Below the pieces are notes generated by a model. It saw nothing but the letters and a program-made list of their open reading frames with translations, ran no database searches and was not told the origin of the DNA. From Octopus sinensis (taxonomy: Eukaryota), in assembly GCF_006345805.1 (NCBI RefSeq), contig NC_042998.1, positions 58,528,001 through 58,592,000 on the forward strand: 64,000 nucleotides of DNA. Reading direction: 5' to 3'. Numbering within the stretch: the first letter of the stretch is position 1; each line of letters begins with the position of its first letter. The position numbers were made by a program, and so were the translations under genes. Of this stretch, positions 52,663 through 64,000 are shown piece after piece.

Positions 52663-53827
52663 AATGATAATGATGATGATGATCAGAATGATGAATTTCA
52701 TCATCACCAGCATCATCCTTCTCCTCTTCGTCATCATCATCGTTTTTACATCCATATTTTCATGGTGTCATGGACTGAGCAGGACTTTTCGAAACCAAAC
52801 AACTGGATGCCCTTCCTTTCACCTACTCATTTCAGCTACCTCTTTATGACGTGTAGAGATCTGGTGTACCTGTTCTAAAAGTGGGGATTTATATCGTGTA
52901 TCTAACTGGAATATACTAAGGTAATGAAGATGGTTGGTCATGACGACAACGAAGATTGCAATCACCATGATGAGCTTCACGATCATCATGACGATGATAG
53001 CGAATGTGTATTGATAACGATATATTATCAGCTATTCTCCCATCTGAGTGAATTTTCTGATAGACTGCTAGGGTAGATAGGTAGGTAGGTAGGGAGGTAT
53101 ATAGAAAGACAAATGCATGGCTAGACTGAAAAATAAGAGTGAAGAAGGCCAGCTGGTTAGAAAGATAGAGGGACTAGCAGACAGAACTAAGTCAGTTCCT
53201 GTCTCTACATTGTTGGTTTGTCAGTATGACATGTATTAGTGAATACAATCTTTCACTACAGAAGCGTTTAATGTTATCCCACCATCACCACCACCACCAC
53301 CACCACCACCACCACTCCCCATTATTTCTTTTGTTTTCCTTTCTTTCATCTGTTTGCCCTAATCAATAGATAATTAGGTTTGTCTTTGTGTATGAGTGTA
53401 AGTGTAGGCATACGTGTGTATGTCACTTAATATATGTGTGTAATTTGTATATGTGTATGTGTAATTTAATATGCAGTTATATGTGTTGCGTGTATGCGTA
53501 TGTGATTATCTATTTGTCTTTTTGAACTGATCTCTATCTGTCAATTGCCTCATTAAACTTTAATATTTTTTCTCCTGTTATTTTTTACTCTTTCTCTCAC
53601 TTTCCTTCAATCTTTCTCTTCTCTCGCCTTCAATTTTTCTCTCTTCTTCCTGTTTTTGCTTTTCTTTTACCCTCAGTCACACTCTCACCTATTAACATCT
53701 CTATTCATTCCTTAAATTTTTCCCTTTTCATTCACTTTCTTTTCCTTTCCTCGCTCATCTTTTTTACTTTCTGTCATTTTTTTTCCTAGTATTTCTTCAC
53801 TCTCAGTCCCCCCCCTCTCTCTCTCTA

Positions 53828-53952
53828 TTTATTTAAAAGCAGCAGAAATATAACGAAAGCTATTGCCCAGAGTTTCTCGTTCCTGTTAGTCGAACGGGAA
53901 CGTCAAACTCTGAGTAACAGCTTTTGTTATATTTCTGCTGCTTTTAAATAAA
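53828..53952. repeat. 125-bp fold-back (MITE-like)
   Basis: tttatttaaaagcagcagaaatataacgaaagct...cagagttt vs aaactctg...agcttttgttatatttctgctgcttttaaataaa. Confidence 0.9.
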
Positions 53953-55830
53953 GCCTATTACTCTACCTCTGGTATTTGAGTACTCTTTTTGCCACCTTGT
54001 TTCACATTTATGTGCTTACTCCGATATATATATATATATATATATATGCATACAATTGTTTCATCTTTTTGTTCTCAGTGCCTTTGTCACTATCTCTCTC
54101 TCTCCCTCTCCATTCTGCGTATCTGCCTATATATTGGCCTCATCTTTTTGCTCTCAATACCACTTTTATTGCTCTCTCTTTCTCTCATCTCATCTTTCAT
54201 CTCTTTACTCTTAATAGTGCTGCTAGATTTCCTGTTTGGCCTTTCTTCACTGAAACATGAGACTCCTCTCTTTAGCCATACCCTAATCATTCTTGTAGTC
54301 AGCCCCTTTCATCTTGTTTCCTGTATGCCATATCTCTGCTCTAATATTTCAATGATCAAGCTATTGTTTTGTCATCTAAACATTCAATCAAACATAACAT
54401 GATGGATTGTTTATGGTGAAAGTTAACTCAGCTCAATGACACTAAACTGTAATTATAAGAGTTAATTAGAATAGTTATTGGAATCAATAGTTAATTAGGG
54501 GTGAACATATTTAATGCAGGGTTTCAAAAGTCTAATTAAAAGTACTGATGTGGTGAGGAAAAGACAATATTAACTCTATGTCTGATGTTATTTTGACAAA
54601 ATCATTAAAGCATCAGACTTGCACTTGCCATATTTATTCAGCATTTTTATGTTCAAATCTTGCTGAGATCAACTTTGCTTTTCATTTCTCTAGTGTCAAA
54701 TAAACAAAGAAGCAGTGAAGTATTGGGGGTGATTTAAACTATTAATCTCTCTTACAAATTTCTGGTGTTGTGCCTGTATCAAAATACTTTAATATTGTCT
54801 GTAAATATAGAAGATAACTCTGAATAAGAAGTCTAAGCTCTGGATAAGAACAATCACTAAGTAAGAATTCAGTGTTGCAATCCAAGTAGGTGTGGGGAAA
54901 TTAGCATTATAAGTTCTGCAGAAACAAGATTGGAAGTTATTCTTGTTCTTCTTGTGCCAGCACAGCCCAGAACAAGCAAACCTAAGATCTAAGACATTTC
55001 AACTATGACCATCCTGCCTTTTTATTTTACAATCTACATTATCTAATGTCAGTTTTCTAGGCGTGTATTACCCTATAAATTGGTGATAAGTAGTTGGTGA
55101 AAAGCATTCATCTGGAGAAACCAAGCCAAAAGCGAAACAAGTCTTGGAGAGGAAAACCATGACAAACTGTTCTACACCTGCCAGCATAAAGACAGACGAA
55201 ATACCTATTTCTTTACTACCCACAAGAGGGTTAAACACAAAGAGGACAAACAAGGACAAACAAACGGGTTAAGTCGATTATATCGACCCCAGTGCGTAAC
55301 TGGTACTTATTTAATCGACCCTGAAAGAATGAAAGGCAAAGTCAACCTCGGCGGAATTTGAACTCAGGACATAGCAGCAGATGAAATACCGCTAAGCATT
55401 TTGCCCGGTGTGCTAACGTTTCTGCCAGCTCGCCTCTTTCAATTTCTGTCTACCAAATTCACTGAAAAGGCTTTGGTTGACCTAGGGCTGTAGCAGAAAA
55501 CACTTGTCCAAAACACCCCAAGGTGGGAATGAACCTGAAATCATGTGGTTGGGAAGCAAAGCTTGTAATCACACAGATCTGCTTTTGCTTATAAATACAT
55601 ATATACATCGTTGTTAATAAACCCAGTTAGCTCTGCTTCACAGTAAAGAACTTAAATGAGACTTTACTCCACAATTGATCAGGTTAAACAACTCAGAAAT
55701 ACAAAAAATTCATCATATTCATTAATAACATTTTAAGCAGCAAATGTTTTATTTTTATTTTCCTTTATTATAATTGATTTATAAAATTCATTTATAAATT
55801 CTTTACGATGCTTTTCTGAATATTTTTCAG

Positions 55831-55944
55831 GTTTATCAGTGAGTCCAAGTACGTCCGTCAAACAAAAAAAAATATCATCAAAAAAAGGCATTCTATCTTC
55901 CAGTCACAGTGGATCTCCTGGTTCTTCAGCAAGCATGAGCACAG
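55831..55944 (+). CDS. PLCE1: PLC-epsilon-like exon, Ser/Lys-rich insert in the Y box: SLSVSPSTSVKQKKISSKKGILSSSHSGSPGSSASMST
   Basis: tatttttcag acceptor, CAG|GTAACT donor, phase 1-1 (114 nt), in frame after ...KFR. An insert right after AVKF is characteristic of PLC-epsilon. Confidence 0.75.
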
Positions 55945-55999
55945 GTAACTAACTACCCTATACTTATGTACAACATATATATATATATATTTATGTCCT

Positions 56000-56375
56000 A
56001 TGATGCTGACATGCAGTGTCTGTGCAAGACCCTGCCTCAGTAAAGCTGGACTCAAGAGTCATCTTTGTAGTCATCAAGCAAGACAGATGAGTGACAACCT
56101 GGTCACTGCTGGTGGTGATACATACCATACTAATCATATCTGTCGGGCATGTGGAAGAGAGTGTAATTCAGCAGGAGGACTTAAACGACATGCAAAGGTA
56201 CATGAAGCCCAGTTACAACTACAGCCGGCTTTTGCTGGTAAAGGTTTTAGCTGCCAATACTATACAAGACATTGTAGATCTTTAGCTGGGCTAAAAAGTC
56301 ACATTCGATCACAGCACCAGTAACAGTTAAGCTTCGTGCAATGGCCATACTCGATAACGAGGGGCCAGCCATCAT
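56000..56375 (+). mobile_element. 5'-truncated RTE-type LINE end with three C2H2-like fingers
   Basis: CSVCARPCLSKAGLKSHLCSH, CRACGRECNSAGGLKRHAKVH, C..Y.RHCRSLAGLKSHIRSQH; UTR ends gaggggccagccatc before (ATGT)n; left end at (TA)n. Confidence 0.7.
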
Positions 56376-57150
56376 GTATGTATGTATGCATGTATGTATG
56401 GATGTATGTATGGATGTATGTATGTATGTATGTATGTATCTATCTATCTATCTATCTATCTATGTATATATGTACATATATGTATATATATATATCATCA
56501 TCATCATCATCATAATCATCATTTAACGTCCTTGTTCCATGTTGGCATGGGTTGAACAGTTTGACCGGAGCTAGTCAGCCTGCACCATACTTCTGTGTCT
56601 GTTTTGCCAAAGATTTTACAGCTGGATGCCCTTCCTAACGTGTGTGTGTGTGTGTAACAATTACATTATGGAAGACCCATATTAGCCAGTCAAAAATACA
56701 TTAAAAGTTTTAACTTCACTGCAGTTGGTGTGATGAATATTTTTGGGGTCTGGCACTTGACAGAGGGCCTAACTAATTGACTCAATAGACACAGGTATAA
56801 TGATGACACAACACTAATATCCATGGTCGTTGACTAATGGTCACTCTAAATTTTTGTTGTTGGTGTGTACAGAGATTTGCTTTGTGAGCTCTTTACTCTT
56901 TTACTCTTTTACTTGTTCCAGTCATATGACTGTGGCCATGCCGGACGACTACCTTTAGTCGAGCAAATCAACCCCAGGACTTATTCTTTGTAAGCTTACT
57001 ACTTATTCTAACGGTCTCTTTTGCCGAACCACTAAGTTACGGGGACGTAAACACATCAGCATTGGTTGTCAAGCGATGTTGGTTGGGACAAACACAGACA
57101 CACAAACATACATACACATACAAACAAACACACACACACACACACACACT

Positions 57151-57192
<42 letters not shown>

Positions 57193-58899
57193 CGTATATA
57201 TACGACAGGCATTTTTCAGTTTCTGTCTACCAAATCCACTCACAAGGCTTTGGTCGGCCCGAGGCTATAGTAGAAGACACTTGCCCAAGGTGCCATGCAG
57301 TGGGACTGAATCCAGAACCATGTGGCTGGTAAGCAAGCTACTTTTATTCATTAAATTTGCCATATAGGCAGCACATAGATAAGGTAGCTTTGCGGGCTGG
57401 ACACAGACATTGATGAGGCAAATGATTATGATACAAAAATGATAAAGATGGGAGAAGACAGAAAGTGCCCGCCGACCCTCTGCTTCTGTAAAACATTGTT
57501 ATTTAAAAATGCATATACAGAGGTATTAACCCTCTTACAATTTAAAATACCATATATTTGGACTAAAAAGTCCATACAATTATAAAACACAATTTATACA
57601 TAAATTGGAGGTGATAAACCTCTACAATCCTTCCCCGAGTAATTTTTTGCAACTTGCAGGCATTCCTGCAACAGCAATCCAGGGCTCCAAAAATAAATTC
57701 TATAATTCTCCTTTTTACACGAGTCAATTATATGATCACAGTACTTTTGTTCCAGCACCAGAGCAGCCACCTGCAGAGGCCACTCTGGGCTGTCAATACA
57801 ATTCGGGTCCCTCAGGACCCCACTAACCATATTATTCTCCATGAAACTGTCAATAGCCCCTCCCCTGAGACAGAAGAACATATATTCTTCACCACTTTCA
57901 CTGGGAGGGGGCCTCAACTCCCTTGCTCTATGGCACACATCCCACTGATGAGGTTATCTTCTTCCCCACCTCCGGTGGCACACATCCCACTGAAGGGGTT
58001 TCGGGACATGCCGCTGCCCACAATGCCCCGTTTTTCTTTTTTCCCTTATTTTTTCCTTTTACTACTTACCACACAGCCACTCCTACGCCTGTGCATTGTC
58101 TTTTACTGCAAAGTATATGTGCATCCATGCAAACAACCATCACTCAAATGTCACATTGACCATCTAAACAAACGCACACAATTTTTTTAATTTATAACGA
58201 AATTAGATGATTAATTTCTTCAATTAAAAATATTTAATTTAATCTTGGAAACCTTGCATGTGCACATTTTTTTTTTCTTTTGTGTGTTAGTTGTAAAATT
58301 TGTGTACATGCGCAAGTGCACAGCTTAGAGGGAGCTTTGGCTTTGACAAATTGAAAATATCCATTAAACAGTTACTTGAAGCATAAAAAATATAAAGAAT
58401 GAAAAAAAAATGCTTTAGTACAAGATTCTGTCATGTAGCAAAGAAATGATCTCATTGGATAATTGTGATGTAAAACATGTCACAGAATTCTTTTCCTTGG
58501 TTCAGAAAAAGGTGAAAAGATTGGTAACACTGGCATCTACAGCATTTGAAATATAAAGAAACATGATCTGTAATAGTGGATTATCAGCCAATGACTCGAA
58601 GTTCTACTGTACAATGCCCTTATTATCCTTATCACTACATACACCTTGGAAACATGGACATTATAATCAAAAAGATACATACAAAATATAAGCTCTTTTA
58701 ATTCTTGATGTATCATATGATGGGTGAGTGCTCTCCCTTACCTAAGCTAGATGCTGTGCTGTATCAATCATTGAATAAAACCTTTGTTGTATATGAACCT
58801 CTTATAGTAATTTCTTATAAACGATCTAATCAGCAAATAATGCTACAACATAATATCTGGGCATTATTGTTGACAGCGATTTTCATTGGACGAAATACA

Positions 58900-59595
58900 T
58901 TGCTAAAATTGCCAAGAAGGCTGAGGGTATCTTGGCATCACTTACCAAGTTCTTTGCGAGCTGCTCTCCAGCTATCTATCTGAGGCTTTATATAGCTATG
59001 GTGCAGCCTCACCTGGAATTTGCATCACCGGTTTGGAACCCCTATTTTGCCCAGGATATTAATTGTCTGGAAACTGTTCAGTGACATGCAACCAAGAGAA
59101 TACCCTCCATCAGGCATTTGCCATATTCTGAACACCTTACTTCCCTGGTCATGGATACATTGAAACTCCAAATTTCTGGCAGCTGACTTGGCAGACACTC
59201 ATAAAATTATTAACCATCTTACTAACAATAACTCTGAGCCCCTTTTTAAACTCCACCTGTCTAACACCCGTGGACATGTTTACAAAGTCAGAAAACAGCA
59301 CAGCTCTCATGACTTTCGGAAACATTTTTTTTACACTAAGAGTTGCTGAAGTATGGAACAAACTGCCAGCATCAGTTGTTAGTTGTCGGAGCACTACATC
59401 CTTCAAAACTTCCATGATTCCTGAAATTCACCAACACTACACCTGATTTTCTCCCCTCCATACACATGCAAGCATGTATCTGACTCATATACTGTTCACT
59501 TCCCAGACATTTGTACATTACTGCATATGCTTTATACGCACTTTTGACAAGTTGTGGTGCATCTGAGCACTGTATACAATAATTTCATTATATTA
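58900..59595 (+). mobile_element. CR1-clade LINE 3' end
   Basis: LYIAMVQPHLEFASPVWNP...LETVQ.HATKRIP...NTRGH..K...FF.LRV...WNKLP..VV; (ATT)n-like tail. Confidence 0.88.
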
Positions 59596-61319
59596 TATCA
59601 AATAAAGAAGACTATTCATTCATCGCATGATGCATCAACTTTTAAAGATTGCAGAATCGAAACAGATTGAAAACTGAATTAACTATTTATTCCAATCCAT
59701 CTTCATCCCTTTTTATTTAGTGGCTTACTGTCCTATGGTTTAGAACTTAAAACAAGGCATCTTCATTTTTAAGACATACTGTTTGTAAATAGAGATTTGG
59801 TTCTAGTAAAAAGTTTTTATGAAATATACTGAGAACTTCAACTTTGAACTGAAATGCTAATGGTTTAAATGAAATCACAAACATCATACTGTGTTTACAT
59901 AAAGTATACTAAACTCTTCTGGCAAATTCCTCCTAGCTATTTGTATATATGTATGAAGAAATTGAAGGAGCAGTAACAGCAATTAATGTAAAGTTTATAA
60001 ACATTCCATAGCTTATAAGAAGAATGGACTTTAGTTAGTTGGCTTCCCTAAGCTATGTTGTATAAAGGTGGCATGCTTAGTGGTAGACCAACAACTTATG
60101 AGATTTCAGGGCTCATTTTAACTGCATCACCCCTACTACCAACAACAACAACAACAACAACAGCAAACCAACTAAGAAACCTTCATATAGCTACTTGACA
60201 TGTTAGAAACAGCTGCCAAATCTCCTTCAAAATGACATTGCTGTCATCTTAATAAACAGAATATTTCATTGGATAAATAGTCCAAGAATACACTATATCT
60301 TAAAAAGAAGGATGCAATACTCAAATCTAGAGCATAGGTCCACTTCATCAGAACTGATCTGGAATTAAACAAGGGCAGCAACATTACTGAAGCATATGAG
60401 AAAACTTTTGCATGACAAATTTTCCAAATCATATCCTGCTGTTTTGGAAAATGAAGTACACTAGATAATGTAGTCTTAGATATACTATGGCCCAAAACAT
60501 ACAGGATAGTCACAATTGCTATCTCTTTGATTGGATCGCAGCTTTGCTCAATATAGGCTTACCTGGGGTTAAACCACTACAGCTATCACTACCGCTTATA
60601 AGGACGGAGACTTTATGAGATTGGTCAACATGCTAGAAATAGTAGCCAAATTTCCTACAATCTAAAAATATGGAATGAACACATTAGATAATGTTGTCTC
60701 CACAAGATGAGGTGGCCATGGTTGGAGCTCTTTGGAATATAAGTCTGCTTGATCATTATTGATCTTGAGCTGAGTAGCAGTAGCAGCAGCCCTTCATTGA
60801 AATTCTACTGTCAACAAGCCTTAGGAACATCTGTTTATCTCTGCCGTTCTTCATTAAACTCTCTTATCAATAAGTCAAATCTAAAGCATTTACTTTATCA
60901 ATTGTAGTTTGATTTTCTTCCTGGGTTTGATATACACACAATCTGAGAACAATCAGATATACTATTTCTACAGCTGAAATTGCCCTTGAATAATCTTAAG
61001 TTTTAATTCTTATGTTATTTTGTGACACAATCCCTTTTATATCAGTAATGATATGCCTCATGATGCAGTGTTGATGTAATTATTGAATTATTGGTAGTTT
61101 TTCCTATAGCTATGATCTTGAATGTAATTAATTAGTTTATATTCAAAGCTCTTGTAGAAGGAATAAAGCTTCCTTAATGATGACATAGGAATACAATTGG
61201 GATCGACATAATATAATTTCACTTGGTATTCAACTACAGAAACAGCACATGCAAATACACAACTTTTACATTTACATAACATCAGGAATTGGTTCTAATC
61301 CCCCTTTATATGATTAATG

Positions 61320-61456
61320 ATTATTGTCATTGTTGTTATTGTTATTATTATTATTATTATTATCATCATTACTAATATTATTAGTATTATTATTATTCAG
61401 GTCACTGCCTGGAATCAAACTCGGAATCTTGGGGTTAGTAGCCCACGCTCTTAACC
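61320..61456 (-). mobile_element. Inverted partial copy (tRNA-like head + (AAT)n) of the adjacent SINE
   Basis: 61397-61456 is a near reverse complement of 61478-61537. Confidence 0.8.
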
Positions 61457-61467
61457 AAAACACCACA

Positions 61468-61567
61468 TGCCCATAGTGGTTAAGAGCACGGGCTACTAAC
61501 CCCAAGATTCCGAGTTCAATTCCAGAGAGCAACCTGAGTAATAATAATAATAATGATAATAATAATG

Positions 61568-61606
<39 letters not shown>

Positions 61607-61838
61607 TAATAATAATAATAATAATAATAATAGTAATAATAACAACAACAACAACAATATCGAAAAATACCCTAGGAATGAGAACCCAGGTTCGAAATTT
61701 TCCCAAGACATCTGATGAAGGTTGGAGGGTATATCAGCCAAAACGTTGTTAACAACAAACAAGATGAGAGCAAATATCTGTCAAATGTAAATAATGTAAA
61801 TAATGTACATGATTCCTCATCTCTTAAATATAGAACTG
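61468..61838 (+). mobile_element. tRNA-headed SINE-like element: head, (AAT)n/(AAC)n, hammerhead-like 3' domain
   Basis: A-box-like tgcccatagtgg, anticodon-like arm GGG-CTACTAA-CCC, B-box gagttcaattcc; then a microsatellite; then the hammerhead-like core. Confidence 0.65.
61706..61752 (+). ncRNA. Degenerate type I minimal hammerhead
   Basis: CTGATGA(A) 61712-19, stem II GGTTG(G)/(T)CAGCC, AAAAC instead of GAAAC (CpG-type decay), palindromic ACGT stem III. Stem I is damaged, so this copy is probably inactive. Confidence 0.5.
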
Positions 61839-62768
61839 CATGCATTATCATATAGTGTTGAGATTTTGATGATGTACTTGTTTATTTTTAGTATGACATT
61901 GTATGGTAGGTGTGTGAGGTTGAATATGAACAGTCTGTACTTGAAATAGGTTTGGGCCAGACATGGCTTGTATGCTAAATGAGTAAATGAAGGAATACAT
62001 CATCATTATTTTAACATCCACTTCTCCATGTTTGCACATGATGGATGAATTTATTGAGGTAAATCATCTATGGCTGGGTGCCTTTCCTGTCACCAACCCC
62101 CTCATATTTCCAAGCAAGATAATGTTTCCCCATGGCCTGACATGCATGAATATATGATACAGCTTGTATGATAGTGACATTAATTTACAACTATCCCTCA
62201 ATGTCAAAACAAAGAAAAATAAGCACACACATGCATGCACACACATACACACACAAATATGCACAAACACACACACACACATGCACGCACATTCATACAC
62301 AGACATGTGTGCGTGTGTGTGTGTGTGTATATATATATATACACACACATATATGTATGACAGGCTTCTTTCAGTTTCCATCTACCAAATCCACTTACAA
62401 AGGTTTGGTTGGCCTAAGACTATAATAGAAGACACTTGCTCAAGGTGCCATAGAGAGAGTTTGAACCCGGAATCATGTGACTGGAAAGCAAACTTCTAAC
62501 CACACAGCCATGCCTGCACCTATATATAAATATGCAATGGGCTTCATTCAGTTTCCATCTACTAAATTTACATTCAAGGATTTGACAAGCCTAGGGTGAT
62601 AGTAGAAGACACTTGTCCAAGGTGCCACATAGTGAGATTGAACACAAAACCATGTAGCTGGAAACAAAATTATTACCCACACAGCCATACCTGGTTCTAT
62701 TCACACACATGTATATATGTGTGTGTGTGTGTGTGTATGTGTATATATATATATATATATATAATATA

Positions 62769-63989
62769 TTGGGTTGACAACGAAGTTCCTGCTGTTTTTT
62801 TTTAACTTAAATTTTTTAAAAGGTTTAATAAAAAATAACAGCTAATTAATCAATAATGTATTCACCCCACCCATTTTCGACACGAAAAATTGATCTAACC
62901 AAGCTCTCAATTCTGCATCAGTATTGAACAAAATTCCTTGCATTGCCTTTGAAAGAGATCAAAAGAGGTGGAAATTAGGAGAGAACGGTGGGTGTGGCAG
63001 CACTTACCAGCCATGCGTTTGAACAGCTTCCTTGGTCATATTGGCGATATGAAGGCGGGTGTTGTCGTGCAGCAGAAGAACTCCATGCTGACCATTAGGT
63101 CTGTTCTCTTGAATAGCCATGTTGAGTCATTCCATCTTTTGAACATAGAGTTCTGCATTGACTGTTTGGTTCCATTCAAGCAATTCGTAATGGATTATCC
63201 CTTCCCAGTCCCATCATACGCACAAAATCGCTTTAAGCGGATGAAGAGCTTGTTTCACGTGCAGTGTCGCTTGTTTGCCAGGGCTAAGCAATTCCTTATG
63301 CTGCTTCATATTGATGTACAGGCACTATTTTTCAATGCCAGTAACAATTCGGTAAAGAAATCGTTGTTTGTGTCCATGAGTTGAGCAGTGACGAGCAAGC
63401 AAACCAGTGGAGATTATGGCTCGCTGATTTTTGTTGTTGTCACTTAAAGCATGTGGAACCCATGCTCCATACTTCTGAACTTTTCCCATCGAGTTAAGAT
63501 GTTTCTCTATAGCAGTGTGGGAACATTCCATTTTCTCTGCCAGTTCCCTTACTGTTTGACGAAAATTTTCATGCAAAAGTTGATTTAATCGCTCTTCATC
63601 GAACTCAACTGGACGACCAGGATAAGGTGCACCTTTGTGATCAAAATTTCCATTTTTGAACTTGGCATACCAATCATGAGTGGTTCTTTCAGCTATAGCC
63701 CTCTCTCGATAAACAGCACAAATGTCACGAGCAGCTTTTGCGGCCTTAGAATCTTGGTTAAAAGCTAAAAGAAGGAAGTGTCGAAAATGCACATTTTTCT
63801 TAACTTGACATTCCATTTTAATGATCTGAAAATAAACAAAAGCTAACTAAAATTAACTAGTAAAAAAAAACAAAATAGATTCCAGAATGATTCAAAAATA
63901 GAATTCTCAAGAACAATAGATTCCAAAATTTAAAAATGCAATAAATTCCAAAATTAAAAAAAACAACAGGAACTCAGTTGCAGACCCAA
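62769..63989 (-). mobile_element. Mariner DNA transposon (1221 bp) with both TIRs and TA target duplication
   Basis: TA|ttgggttgacaacgaagttcctgctgttttt ... aaaaacaacaggaactcagttgcagacccaa|TA. Confidence 0.92.
62846..63816 (-). pseudogene. Mariner transposase, frameshifted, with internal deletions
   Basis: HTH region, GAWVPHAL, RIVTG.EK; after a frameshift LLHDN and HPPFSP-NFHLF (DLAP.D missing); ends GEYIID*. Confidence 0.9.
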
Positions 63990-64000
63990 TATATGGATTA

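Noticed and set aside
57659-57826. Next PLC exon
   Set aside because: In phase but ends in TAA, lacks a good donor and lacks the expected Y-box ISS.NE motif.
947-62805. Most short ORFs rich in YI/CV/HT/MYV/DDD/III runs
   Set aside because: Translations of (TA)n, (CA)n, (TATG)n, (GAT)n microsatellites and SINE bodies.

Overview
AT-rich, microsatellite- and retroelement-dense eukaryotic DNA. The SINE/RTE repeat families look like those of an octopus (coleoid cephalopod); this assignment is from recall, not a search. The window appears to lie entirely inside a + strand phospholipase C gene, most likely PLC-epsilon. Four in-frame exons (10517-10625, 42005-42122, 46881-47062, 55831-55944) encode the acidic X-Y linker, the Y-box start (QIAKELSDLVVYTQAVKF) and the epsilon-type Y insert; the first of these introns reads in frame only with a GC donor. 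The most striking structure is a young Penelope-like retroelement (Naiad-type RT + GIY-YIG) inserted in a SINE (TA)n tract as a head-to-head inverted structure, with two ~2.77 kb near-identical arms around a 0.9 kb RT fragment. Each arm carries a type I hammerhead ribozyme near its outer end, with a near-palindromic stem III and an unusually long stem II. A second, degenerate hammerhead sits at the 3' end of a tRNA-headed SINE at ~61.5-61.8 kb. The rest is RTE, CR1 and possible HERO LINE fragments, two Tc1/mariner relics, many tRNA-SINEs, five fold-back hairpins and simple repeats. Most ORFs in the supplied track are microsatellite or repeat artefacts. All alignments and folds were done by eye.
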